Source: Octopus sinensis (Eukaryota). Taken from it: DNA of 64,000 nt. The translations under genes and the position numbers were made by a program. The notes below the pieces were generated by a model, which was not told the origin of the DNA, ran no database searches, and saw only the letters and a list, made by a program, of their open reading frames with translations. The stretch is taken from the NCBI RefSeq assembly GCF_006345805.1, contig NC_043014.1:24986001-25050000 (forward strand), given 5' to 3'. Position 1 is the stretch's first letter. Each line of letters begins with the position of its first letter. Below are positions 12,140-25,234 of the stretch, in pieces.

Positions 12140-13873
12140 TAATGTTACAACAATGTCAAAGCTTACACTGGGTACATCTTATGGAATTTCTACCTATGCC
12201 TTTTCTACAGATCGGGCAGGGCCATCTACCTGAAGAGATTTGTGATTTGTCTGCCTTCCTACTTATTAAGACTTTGGTTTTTGTTAGATTGACTCTAAGG
12301 CTTTTCAATTTTAGACCTTGCTTCCACACCTGAAACTTCTCCTCTAGTTCTGATAGGGTCTCAACTGTTAGAGCAAGGTCATCAGCATAGAGGAGCTCCC
12401 AGGGGCATCCTATCTTGAATTCCTCTGTTATTGCCTGAAGGACTATGATGAGTAAGAGAGGGCTAAGAACTTACCCGGAATTCTTCACTATACTCATTGC
12501 CAACCCTCACCTTACTGATAGCATCCCTGTACATGACTTGCACAGCTCTCACTAACCATTCACCACAAGATAAGGGATCGGAGGATCCTGACAAAGGCTT
12601 TCTTCATGTCAACAAAAGCCAGGTACAGAGGTTTATTTTTGGTTAGGTATTTCTCCTGCATCTCATCTAAACTAACTCTCTCCCTAATTAGTTGGGCTAT
12701 GACCCTCTCCGTGACTTTCATTACCTGATCCAACAACTTGATACCTCTGTAATTATTTGTATCTAATGCATCACCTTTACCTTTGTGGCAGTTGACTTTG
12801 GTACTGCTACACCAGTCATTGGGTCACACTCTCAGATGCTCTGAGCATGTAGCTGCTAGAATAAGAATAGGCTGGGCAAAGTTCAGAGAGCTCCTACCTC
12901 TGCTGGTAACAAAGGGCCACTCTCTCAGAGTGAAAGGCAGACAGTATGATGCCTGTGTGTGAACAACCATGCTACACAGCAGTGAAACATGGGCTGTGAC
13001 TGCTAAGGACATGTTAAGGCTTGAAAGAAATGAAGCTAGTATGCTTCACTGGATGTGTAATGTCACTGTGCATGCATGACAAAGTGTAATCATCCTGAGA
13101 GAAAAGTTGGGCATAAGTGGCATCAGATGTGGTGTGCAAGAGAGACGACTGTGCTGGTATAGTCATGTGATGCGTACAGATGAGGACAGCTGTTTGAAGA
13201 TGTGCAACTCTAAAGATAGAAGGAACCTGTGGAAGAGATAGACCCAGGAAGACATTGGACAAGATGTTGAAGCATGACCTTCAAATATTGGGCCTCATAG
13301 AAGAAATTACTAGTAATCGATACCTTTTGCATTATGCTGTGCTTGAGGAGACCCGTCAAGCCCAGTGAAACTGTAATCATGGCTGATGCTAGTGCCATGT
13401 AACTGACATGTAAAAAGCACTCTGCAAATGTTGGGTGAATGTTGTGCTGAGAAGACCTGTCAAGCTAAGTGAAATCGTAGTTGTGGCTGATGCCAGTACC
13501 ATCTGACTGGCAACTGTGCCAGTCACTCATAAAAAGCACCGTTCGAGCATTGGACCTCATGGAGGTAGTGATAGGTGACTGAGACGTTTGGCAATATACC
13601 ATGCTTGTGTAGACCTGTCAAGCCAAGTGAGACTGTAGTCATGGCCAATGCTGGTGTCATGTCAATTGCACCTGTGCTAGTGGCATGTGAAAATCACCTA
13701 CTACACTTGAACTGGTTGGTTTGGGGAAGGGCATCTGGCCGTAGAAACTTTGCCAAATCAAATTGGTATCTGTTGCAGCTCCCTGGCTTACCAGTTTTCA
13801 GTTAAACTGTCCAACCCATGCCAGTATGGAAAGTGGATGTTAAACAATGACAACAACGATGATGATGATGATG
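12140..13873. mobile_element. RTE LINE with 5' inversion (RT 12140-12826 on -, C-terminus and 3' UTR 12835-13873 on +)
   Basis: Minus part encodes RT from TPNDWCSSTKVNC to WPCPICRKG. Plus part starts CSEHVAARIRIGWAKFRELL and ends in a (GAT)n tail. Confidence 0.8.
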
Positions 13874-14342
13874 ACCCCTAGAGATTGAATGCAAATCAAA
13901 CACTCTCATGAAAAGGAAAGAGAGAACAGAGCTGCAGAAAGCATAAAAACAAACCCTAAAGCTTTCTATAAATTTTCAAAAGAAACAGCCACAATACAAT
14001 ATAAAATAAGACCATCTTTCAAAGGGAATGGCTCACTAACCATGGACCCAGATGGGATTAATGTGGTATTCAGTGGACTATTTAAAAGTGACTTCACTCC
14101 ACCAGGACACATGCAGGTAAAAAACCTGGCTGAATTTTTTAATATTGTAGCTCTAAAACAGGAGGCGCCAACTATCGGCGACATCAATATTGATGAGACA
14201 GATGTAACAGTGGCCATAAATGAAGTGAGATCAATCTCAACAACTGGTCTTGATGGCTTCCTAGCTATTCTACTGAAGTTATGTAAGCAGGCTTTAGTGA
14301 AACCACTTCAGATATTTTTCCAGAGTTTCCTTGCAACTTTAC
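13874..14342 (+). mobile_element. CR1-like LINE fragment (pre-RT linker)
   Basis: SIKTNPKAFYKFSK...STTGLDGFLAILLKLCKQALVKPLQIFFQSFL; same family as 46490-48100. Confidence 0.82.
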
Positions 14343-14996
14343 TTTCCAGATATTCCATATGTAAGTGCCTAGAGCAGTCTTTATAGAAACCACCTAATAA
14401 TCAATTAATTGATTAAATGCAAGAATGGCTATTAAACTGATTCTACATAATCTTCCTTTTTAATGTTTATAATTGTTACATACATACCTTTTAGCTATTT
14501 TGGTTATGATATCATTTTGGAATTCTTAAATTTTATTTTATACAACATAACTATATTGTTTATAAATGTTCCCCCATCATGTCCTTAATAAATTTTCCCT
14601 GTATTAGCACCTTAAATTTTTTAGTGTCGTGTCCTTCAATTGGTAATTAACATCAGGATTTAAAGTCCCCCCTACCCTGCCTCTTTTTTAGTTACTTCTA
14701 TCAAATTGACTCTTCCTAATGTCTTATTTCCTTTCTCTTGGAGAAAAAGTATACCTATGATAATATTTATGACCATACCTAGCCATGAGCTGTCAGCTCA
14801 CTCTTATTCTTTATTCAAAATAGACACAGTCGGCTAGTCCCAGATTTAATAGGTGATAAAGAGATAAATAAATTAGAAATGAATTACAGCCCTATGACCC
14901 CACTATGCTCCATGCAATTCTAAGAAATTGTAGTCTATTCTTAGCCACTTCGCTATTATATTAATGTGTCATTCTTGTTAAAAGATTCTATATTTT

Positions 14997-15084
14997 GTGC
15001 AGCTGAAGATAGTACTGCATTTATATTGATGTAATGTTTACATTGTTCAATTAAATGGAGCCACTTGAAACGGCCATATTGCAT
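14997..15084 (+). ncRNA. Type I hammerhead motif (slightly decayed) ending a PLE-like relic (~14390-15118)
   Basis: GTGCAG-CTGAAGA (15003-15009), extended stem II, GAAAC GGCC ATA (15067-15078), then TTGCAT, which pairs with 14997-15002. Confidence 0.65.
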
Positions 15085-16029
15085 TACTGCTTGATATCCT
15101 GTTGCTTATTTTGATTATATATATATCTATATATATATATAATACAAATTGGATATGGGCGATCGTTGCAGTCTTTCTTGTCTTGAGGTGCACAGCCAAA
15201 CGGCTGGTGGATTCACATGAAAAATAGTACTCATGTGGAGATGGGTACATAGATTGGAATGCGGTTTCTATTTTTTTCCTAGCCCCCATAGTTACTGAGA
15301 AAATTGATTAAAACCTTTTCTAATGGAATTCCCCTGTTTGTTCCACTATTAAAACAACCAGTTGCTCACACAGCCGGCATATACCATTTCGCTAGCAACA
15401 AGGGGAGTACAGGATGACAGTCAGCCAAAACTTTCGCTATGCTGTTTCTCTTCTTTCACCTCTTTGTGGGGTTAATAATCTTAATCTTTAGTTACAGTTT
15501 TTCATTCAAACTACATAATAGGCAGAATTATTGGATTAAGACAGTAGGGAGATTTGGCTACTATTTCTACCAGGTCAAGCTACCATGAGAGGTCTGAACT
15601 TAATTTTAATTCACTTATTTGCATTTCAAAAATTTAACATAATCTTTTCCATAAATCAACTATCGTAAAAATTTTATACGATACGCGCACACACACACAC
15701 GTCCATTTCATATATCTTCTTTGAATTTCTGCTCTCTGCAAATAAAAGTTTTATGGATACAACTGCTTACAAAAATAGAGATTAATGTATAATTTATTTC
15801 TATGTTCATAATTAAATCAATGTTTTAATGATTAGACAGAGGTCCAATAGAATAGCTCTCACAAACAGACTATGTACAAATTTGTTCTTTACAACTCCTG
15901 AAGCTGTTTTTTGACAAGAGGTGGGGGTCAGGAAATTTTCATAGAAACAGGGAACCTGAAATGATTAGGTTGAGAAACGCTGTTATAGATTATGGCTAAC
16001 CGAAAACAATCACAGCCACATCATCCAAA

Positions 16030-16061
16030 CAGACCGGGTGAAACCGGGCTTAGCTGCTAGT
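16030..16061 (+). mobile_element. Helitron-type 3' terminus (non-autonomous element extending upstream)
   Basis: CCGG-GTGAAA-CCGG hairpin followed by CTAG (16057-16060) and T. Related decayed ends lie at ~52885-52923 and ~56500-56533. Confidence 0.65.
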
Positions 16062-16079
16062 ATATATATGCATAAATAC

Positions 16080-16905
16080 AAATATATATAGTGAGAATTT
16101 ACAAAAAACAAAAGACAAAGACAGGTGTGTACACAACAAACAGATGTATTAGTTTAATGCTCAAGAAGTGAGAAAGTCTTTTACGTTTTGAGCCTAAGTG
16201 TTAATAAGTGTGGGAGTGAAGTAATGTTGATGAAAAAGAGCTGAAAGAAAATAACGAATGGTAAAAACAAGATTATTGATTGAGAGTGGAGTTTGAAGAT
16301 GGTGGCGTGTTTAAGGATTTTTTTATTTGGGGCTTGTGAAAGTGTCCTCTTGCTGGTTCCATTTGAATAGTTGACCTGTGGTGAAAAATATAATGGTCAG
16401 ACATTTTTCAAATTCTGTCATGGTTAAATCAATTATCTTAATTTCAAAAGGGGAAGTTTCAATAATTTTCTATGTTAAAGATGGGTGTAGTTGTGAGTCG
16501 AGATGGGGGGTGGGGGTAATGAGGTGTAAGATGAGGTCTTTTGATAAAAAGGGTATGATAGCAGAGAGAAAAAAATATATAAGTTTAGTTTTGGAATGTC
16601 TGTTGATAGAAATGTATTTTTTATATTGGTTTGGAGGGGGAGGCAGGGGAGAGAGCATACTAGCTCACATATTTGCTCCACACATATAAACAAACAAAAT
16701 GTATACATATATACATACACTTATACATACACACACACACATATATATGCACACACATACATGCACATATACATACACACACATACACATATACACACAT
16801 GAATAAATATACATACATATACCTATATACACATACATACATATATATCTACATACATGCACGTATTTTTTACTAGTTCATACGAACCCATATATTTGCA
16901 CATGC

Positions 16906-16947
<42 letters not shown>

Positions 16948-18330
16948 TTGTATACATATCTACACTACTTAAGTATTTAAGTTCACATGTACTTTGGGGA
17001 AGAGGTGTTAGTGAAATGGTAGTGTACTTCCGAGGGTTGTTCTCTTCAACGATCAAATGATTGAAAGTGTGGGTGTCATCCACTTCTATTTGGATATGCA
17101 TCTTTTTTTTTAAACAAAACAAAGAGAGAATCCCATTATTGGTGGGTTGAATATCATTTTCTTTTTGTATTCAGTAGTGGTTTGTACTTTCTAATAAAGA
17201 ATTCTTTTTTATATTTCTGGAAATGTTCATTGTCCAACTATAACTTAAAGAAGGGGAAGATTATGAATTTTCCCTTTATGCATGATGCAAAGTGGTCACT
17301 GCAACTGCTGTTTCTGACAGAGGGGTCTTTAAATTGTTTATGTACATGAACACTGTAATGTAGTCCCCTTCCAGTTTCACCAATGTAGCATTCTTTACAT
17401 TGTGGGCAAGTTGTTCAGTAAATTAAGTTTTTTGCTTTACAGTTCATGTTTGCATTAATTTTGAAAATCTCGTTTTTAAAGGAGATTTGTCCACCCTCTT
17501 TAATATATTCACAAGTTCCACATCAGGGGTCCCCACATTTCTTGACTTACATTGTTTCAATAGTAGACATAAATTTTGCCTTGGTGAACAGTTTTTTTAG
17601 TTTGGGTACTTGGCGTGTATATTGTTAGTGAGTCTTTTATGAGTGCATTCATTTTGGCGGGTTGCTAGAGAATTGGGAGATATTGTTTGACGGCTTTCAC
17701 AATGTTGAAGTTCCGTGGGTTATGAGTGACAACAAAAGGGATAACTGTTTTTTCCTTTTTATTTTGTTGGTTTGTTTTTCTCAGTGTTGTCACTGGAATG
17801 TTCTGGGCTTTGGAGATGGCCATATTGATGAAGTTCACCATTTTAGTTCATATAATCTTTTTTTCTTGTAGTGTTTCTATGGTGCAGATGCATCTTGCCA
17901 TGTTAAAGGAAATGTTCCTTATGGTATGTGTGGGGTGTGCTGATCGGGAATTTAAGTATTGGTGTATGTCTGTTGGTTTGTAAAATAAAGTCTGATTCAA
18001 TATTTTCCCCTTTAGTGACAAGGATATCCAGAAATGGTAGTTCCTTTCTATTACATTCCATGGTAAATTGTATTGTTTTGTGGAGCCTGTTTGTGATGGA
18101 ATGGAATCTTTGCAGAAATACATTCCAAAACTATTATATTTTTCATCAAAGGTCAACTATTCAAATGGAACCAACAGGAGGGCATAAGCCCTTCATAAAA
18201 CACTCCTTAAACACCCCCACTACCTCCCAACTCCACCCGCAATAAATTATCTTGTTTTTACCATTCACTATTTTCTTTCAGCTCTTGTTCATCAACACTC
18301 TTTCACTCCCACATTTATTAACAAACCCCA
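16080..18330 (-). mobile_element. Penelope-like element, 5'-truncated, with an inverted terminal segment
   Basis: LFYKPTDIHQYLNSRSAHPTHTIRNISFNMARCICTI. Segment 18130-18330 (+) is the inverted homologue of 16198-16400. Confidence 0.7.
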
Positions 18331-18818
18331 CTCCCAACCCAGACACACCCAAATCTCTTATATATAGAATCACATAGCACAACACAACCTGAGATCTGTT
18401 TGATAATCACCACCGATGAATGCAAGAAAGTTCTCCTGAAAAGTTAACCAGGAAACTTTAAAAAATCTCCCCACCAAAGTTAACAAAGAACTTACTAGAT
18501 CTAAAAACCAAACTGTTACATGATATCATTACAAAATTAAATTGATTAGAACTACCAGTGAAGTCATTCTTTTCCTTTTTTAAATATATATGTATGCATA
18601 TATATGTCTATATATATAAACCTATGTATATAATGTATATAAACCTATGTATATAATGGAGAAATTATACAAATGTATAAATAGATGATAAGTAAAGCAC
18701 TGGCTCAGTTTCAATTATCTGTTGCTATCCATAGATTTATTGCAGGAACTTTGTAGTGGTGGCTGGGGTAATAGTAATAATAAAATAGGAGATGGAATAT
18801 GTAATAGACTTTATTGGG

Positions 18819-18856
18819 TACAACACATATTTCGACCTGTTCTGGGCTCTTCAGGT
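18819..18856 (-). ncRNA. Decayed type I hammerhead motif
   Basis: Minus strand: AC-CTGAAGA-GCCC-AGAACA-GGTC-GAAAT-ATGT-GTT-GT. Confidence 0.45.
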
Positions 18857-19126
18857 TCATCAATAACAAGTTTCACTAGAGATTTCTTGAGTTGGCTTAC
18901 GTACTGCTATATGTCCATCATATTCGAAAATTAGTAAAAACAGTGAAAAATTATTGAAACGCAAAAAAATCCAAATATGGACGTGAAAAGTATACATTCT
19001 AGTTTAGAGAAAATGACATAATGAACTTTCACTTTTGTAACTGTTAAGAGAAAGAAATGGAAGTAGAATTTGAAAGGAAGATATTTTTTTTGTGTTCGTG
19101 CTTAGATCCACATATACATACACAGC

Positions 19127-19181
<55 letters not shown>

Positions 19182-19500
19182 TATACATGCTCACACATAT
19201 ATCCAAGTATATAGGCATATACATACAACTAGATATACATGCATACGCACACATATGGATGACTATATACATATATATATATGTATAGGAACCCATATGC
19301 AGGTACGTACAAATATATATACATAAATATACATACATAGCATAGATAAATATGTGTATATATTCATATGTAAAGCAAGATACAGACGTCTGTGCATAGT
19401 TTGACACAGACACGTGTTAATACACTCACGTATACACATAAGTAAATATATATACATATATATATATATACACACACATATATATACCTATATATATATA

Positions 19501-19531
<31 letters not shown>

Positions 19532-19532
<1 letters not shown>

Positions 19533-20059
19533 GAAGACCTGTTGAGGCAAGTGAAAATCAAACCAAATCAAAATAGATGAACATCAATGGAATTTGTATC
19601 TTTGTGGTACCAGTGCCGGTGGCACACAAGAAAACCATCCGAACGTGGCCGTAGCCAGTACCGCATCGACTGGCCTCCGTGCTGTGGGCATGTAACAAAC
19701 ACCATCCGATCGTGGCCGTTCGCCAGCCTCATCTGGCACTTGTGTCAGTGGCACATAAAAACACCATCCGAGCGTGGCCGTCTGCCAGCCTCGTCTGGCA
19801 CCTGTGTCGGTGGCACATAAAAAACACCATCCGAGCGTGGCCGTTCGCCAGCCTTGTCTGGCACCTGTGTCGGTGGCACATAAAATCACCCACTACACTC
19901 TCGGAGTGGTTGGCGTTAGGAAGGGCATCCAGCTGTAGAAACACTGCCAGATCTGACTGGCCTGGTGCAGCCTTCGGGCTCCCCAGACTCCAGTTGAACC
20001 GTCCAACCCATGCTAGCATGGAAAGCGGACGTTAAATGATGATGATGATGATGATGATG
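19532..20059 (+). mobile_element. Young RTE 3' UTR copy with three ~62-bp tandem units and a (GAT)n tail
   Basis: Near-identical to the reverse complement of 61524-62120; CpGs retained. Confidence 0.9.
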
Positions 20060-20254
20060 ATACCTACATACATACATACATACTTATGCACATATACACA
20101 CATGTATGCATATGCACACATAAACACACGCCTGCATACACATATTCACACTAATATACCTATAAAAACACAAATGCACACAGATGAATATGTAGACATA
20201 TATATCTATATATATGTACATATACACACACACATTTATGCATACACACATATG

Positions 20255-20310
<56 letters not shown>

Positions 20311-20699
20311 TATATATATATACATATACATATTTTCCAAATACGCCAGCTAAGCTAAGTTGAACTGTTTAAAGTCGAAACACACCTGTTGTTTTTGTCC
20401 TGTTATTATTATTATTATTTTTTGTATTTATATTTGTGTGGCATCATCCGTTTTTCTGTCCTTGTTTCGTATACATTCGATCCTTTTTCCAAGAAATCTA
20501 ATGCTCGTAGCTTAGTTTTTCCTTGGGGCTGGCCGGATTGGAGCGATCTCAAGATTAATCAGCTGAAATTGCGAGGATGATCTGGTTCTTGACTGAAGAT
20601 TAGAGGCTTTGAATGACCCGTCCGTTTTTTTTTGTGTCTATTTGAATGTTTTGCGTTCTTGTCCCATTTTGTATTTTTATATATATTTTTCATATACAT

Positions 20700-21555
20700 A
20701 TATATAGATCTAGATTACAAGATCATATGTCAAATGCAAGTTATTCAAATATAGTTCCTCAAGTTCATGTGTTTTAAGAGTTGTGGGTGCCATGTATACA
20801 TCGAGTTATGTATGGTTGGGATTGTAATATGTGAATGTGTGTCTAGACATCTGGGTAATTGTTCAATGAATTTATTTATAATGCACTCCTTTGTTAACAT
20901 TATCAAGAGTGACTCCTTGGAGTATAACTGGCATTTCTGAGATATAGTGTTGTAGGGACTTGCATGTCTAAGTATTGACCATGTAAGGTTGTATTTTATC
21001 TTTGGCTCCTTAAGCCTCCAGATAAATTGGCCAGTGATGTTACATATCGTTTAAGGATATTTCAAAAGCTGGCGATGTGGTTACAGTATCAATTTTTGAA
21101 AAAATTGGCCAATGCCCCAATATATAAGTAGGGGCCTCCTCTAGTGTTTATAGTGCACTTGTATACCATGTTCTTAGTCATACATTGGTTATCCAAAGGA
21201 CAATTGGATCTATCTCTGCATGAGCATAACTGTTTGATTTTGTTGGCTTGTGTACATTGAGCGCTGGAGAGATTGGTTCTGTTTGGTATGTTGGTTGTCA
21301 ATATTATCGTTTTATTATCAGTAGGTTTTCTCAGTTTATTATTTGAATTGTTGCTGGTGTTATGTTTTGGATAGTTATCATGGATATTGTAATTATTGCT
21401 CTGTTGTTTGGTAGTATAATTTAAGTTATAAACATTGTCTTTAGGTTGGTCATATGAGTTATGGTTGATGTCGAGAAGGTTATTTTGAATGCTGACTAAT
21501 CTTCGCCTCAGTTTATGGCTGTTAATCCTATGAATATGGTGCTCTAAGTCTGATG
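20700..21555 (-). mobile_element. Penelope-like element 3' fragment (GIY-YIG)
   Basis: CSCRDRSNCPLDNQCMTKNMVYKCTINTRGGPYLYIG; same family as 2090-3895. Confidence 0.85.
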
Positions 21556-21559
21556 AATT

Positions 21560-21600
<41 letters not shown>

Positions 21601-21800
21601 CCTTCAGTCATAAATGACCATGGGATTGCACCTAGAAAATTACCCTCTGAGGTACAAGTCTGGGCAAGATTATTTATGGAAGTCCAGCTGTCACCCATGC
21701 ATATCAGCCTCCCCTCTCTATGCCACCAATGTTACCCAAGCTATGTGCCTTCACCATTTACATATATGTATGTACATATATATATACATACATACATATG

Positions 21801-21863
<63 letters not shown>

Positions 21864-21867
<4 letters not shown>

Positions 21868-22460
21868 TCATTTAACGTCTGCTTTCCATGCTAGCATGGG
21901 TTGGACGATTGACCGAGGACTGGCGAACCAGATGGCTGCACCAGGCTCCAATCTGATCTGGCAGAGTTTCTACAGCTGGATGCTCTTCCTAGCACCAACC
22001 ACTCTGAGAGTCTAGTGGGTGCTTTCACATGCTACTGGCACGAGGGCCAGTCAGGTGGTACTGGCAATGGCTACACTCAAGTGGTGTTTTTTTATGTGCC
22101 ACCTGCACAGGAGCCAGTCCAGTGGCACTGGTAACGACCCTACTTGAATGTTTTTCATGTGCCAGTAAGGCAACGCTGGTAACGATCACATTTGAAAGGT
22201 GCTCTTTACATGTCACCAGCACAAAAGCCAGTCAGCTGCTCCGGCAGTGATCATGCTCAAGATGGTGCTCTTAGCTCTCCACTGGCACAGGTGCCAGTCA
22301 TCGAATTTGTGAATTTGATTTCGATTTCACTTGCCTCAACAGGTCTTTGCAAGCAGAGTTTAGTGTCCAATGTAGGAAAGGTGCACATAAGTGGGCTGGT
22401 TAAACCCCTGGCATAGGCCACGGGTTATGGTCTCACTTGGCTTACTGGGTCTTCTCATAC
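21864..22460 (-). mobile_element. Older RTE 3' UTR copy
   Basis: (CAT)n tail at 21866 and diverged internal tandem units. Confidence 0.85.
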
Positions 22461-22467
22461 ACTACAT

Positions 22468-23591
22468 ATTTCCAAAAAATGGCTACTCTTCAAGAAAAGG
22501 CACCATGTGTATTGTGGTTTATTGAAACAAAATCTGACATGCAGACCTAGCAAAACTACAGAATTAAGTATGGAAGACATCCAGCATCATGTCTGTCAGT
22601 TCATGCATGGCACAAGAAACTTATAGAAACAGGAACAGTGTTGGGTAATGGGAGGGGTGGATGACCAAAATTATCCGAAGAAAACATTGATCATGTAAGA
22701 CTAGCCTTTGCTAGTTCTCCTCCAAAGTCCATACGTACCACTGCCAAACAGATACAGCTACCATGTTCAGCAGTGCACAAAGTCCGACAAAAGAACTTGT
22801 GATTGTACACTTACAAAGTGCAACTCTTACAGGCACACAAACCAAATGATTAACCAAGATGAAATGAGTTTGCAGTTAACATCCTGAAACGAATTTCTGA
22901 GGATGCAGCTTTCCTCACCCAAGTTCGTTTTACTGCTGAGGCAACCTTTCATGTTTCAGGGAAACTTAACACACATAATGTGAGGATCTGGGAATCAGAA
23001 CACCCCAATGTGACTAGGGAACTTCATCGAGATAGACCAAAGGTGAATGTCTGGTGGGGGATGATATACAATGAAATCATTGGTCCATTTTTCTTCAGAG
23101 AGATCAATTTTGGCAAATGTTTACCATGACCTTTTGACTGAATATGTGGCATCATAGCTGGATGACCTTCAACCAACCATCATTTTCGAGCAGGATGGTG
23201 CATCACCACATTGGAAACTGCATGTTTGTGGGTTCCTAAATTAAACATTTCTAGACCAGTGTATTGGAAGGGATGGCCTAATTCCCTGGCCACCTTGTCC
23301 TCAGATATCACTTCCCTGGAATTTTTATGGGGTTATGTATTGAATAAAGATACAGGATCACCGATGCCATTACCACCATTGATGATGCTATGCTAAGGTA
23401 AACATGGCAAGAAATTGATTACCATCTTGATGTGCTTCTTACAACTAATAGCACCCATATAGAGATATATTAAATGAGGCAAAACAAACTTCAATATCTT
23501 TCCCTTAATTTGTAATCATTTCCACAGATTTATCTATTTATTTGCTCTTGTAATAAATTTTTGAAATTATAGAGACTTTATGGACACCTTG
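22468..23591 (+). mobile_element. Tc1/mariner transposon relic (pseudogenised transposase, right TIR)
   Basis: ATG at 22479: MATLQEKAPCVLWFIETKS...SPPKSIR...YKVQLLQ...EATFHVSGKLNTHNVRIW...IFEQDGASPH. Right end GGACACCTTG is followed by TA. Confidence 0.85.
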
Positions 23592-23648
23592 TATATATAT
23601 GTGTATATGTGTGTGTATGTGTGTATTCATATATATGTATGGGTATAT

Positions 23649-23987
23649 AAAATGCAAATAAGTAACAAGAATGTCCAGCTATCAATGCATTATGGTCATT
23701 TCAAGCGGTTCCATTTAATCAGCCAATGAAAACATTACATCAGTTTGAAAGAAACCTCTTTCCTCAGTTGCAGATGACCATATAGGTTTCTAGTACTGAT
23801 ATAAATTTACTATAAATACTAGAAATGGTTTATCCTTTAATTTGGAAATATATATGGTCATCTGCAACTGAGGAGAGTGGTTTCTTCCAAATTGGTGTAA
23901 TGTTTTCATTGATCAATTAAATGGAACCGCTAAAAAAAAGCTGTAATGCATTGATATCTGGACGTCCATGTTGCTTATTTGCATTTT
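23649..23987. repeat. Fold-back element: two inverted PLE-type terminal repeats, each with a hammerhead motif
   Basis: Arms AAAATGCAAATAAG... / ...CTTATTTGCATTTT. The minus-strand hammerhead at 23686-23772 has an intact core. Confidence 0.8.
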
Positions 23988-24084
23988 GTTCACCTGACTT
24001 TGAGCTGCATGGACTATACCAAACTGGCTTGATGCTTCAATTTAAGTACCTAATTCAACTGAAACTTATATGCGTGTGTGTGTA

Positions 24085-24570
24085 TTCTGTTATGTGTTTC
24101 AGCCCTGAGGCTGTGGCCATGCTGGAGCATCGACAGTGTAATCATCCTTAAACTGGTCAATTCTATGTGATTGGATTTTGGTGAAGGAGGAAGTTTGACT
24201 CTGCTGCCCTCTTTTGAGTTTCCTGCCTGGATATAGTACATCCACATTTGAGCGATTAATTGTTTCAACACCCAGTCATAATGTTGCAAAAGCTGTGTAA
24301 GGCAGCTTCTTCCTGACAATGCGTTCCATGACTTTGCTGATATGGGAAGTTAGAGATACAGGTCAATAATTTTTAGCATCTACTCTGCTACCTCCCTTAT
24401 GGATAGCGCATATTATACTTTCCTTTAATTCTTTTGGGAAGTCTCTCAGTCATGAAGAAGCTCTGAAAGAGAATCTAAAGCAGTTTTGCTAGAGCTCCTT
24501 TGCATTTCTTTAGGAGGATTGCTGGGAATCCATTAGGCCCTGTGACTGAGTTTGAGCTAATATCATCAGT
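24085..24570 (-). mobile_element. CR1-like LINE, internally deleted (3' end joined to an RT piece)
   Basis: SVTGPNGFPAILLKKCKGAL, SGRSCLTQLLQHYDWVLKQL, and 3' tail GCTCCAGCATGGCCACAGCC. Confidence 0.75.
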
Positions 24571-24573
24571 TTC

Positions 24574-24675
<102 letters not shown>

Positions 24676-24679
24676 ATAT

Positions 24680-24710
<31 letters not shown>

Positions 24711-25234
24711 GCATGCATATATTGGTACAAAACACCACCAACAGTAAGCAACATGAAATACAAAAACAAATGTGTTCAATATACAAACAACGGGAGAAAC
24801 ATATGGAAAACAGGACAGGTAACTTAAAGAACAACTTTTCATCAGTTGTTGGCTGTCTATCTACTCCTCATTTTGAGCATTGAACGACAATATATATGGC
24901 TCATCTGGAAAAGTTCCTTGGACCCTGCTACTTGTTTAAATTCAAGAACTCAACTTTTTGGATCATGTCTATGTTATGGTTTTGAGATCATGGCCAGAAT
25001 CCACATTTCTACTATGTTCCTGCACAAGCTTTTCCATGTTTTAACTTCCATTAATTTTTTATTTTTTATATATATTTTTTCGTTTTTTCCCTTTTCCTTT
25101 TTAATGGTGTGAGTGTGTACATGTGTGTGTGTATGTATATGTATGTATATATCTTATATGTGTGTGTATGAGTATATGTATGTACAACTGTGTCCGGTGC
25201 ATATGTGCAACTTTTATGTACATGCCTCTTCATT

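Noticed and set aside
20341-20690. GAAAC-ACACCT-GTT and CTGAAGA pieces in an unassigned repeat
   Set aside because: The halves cannot be joined into one hammerhead with paired stems.
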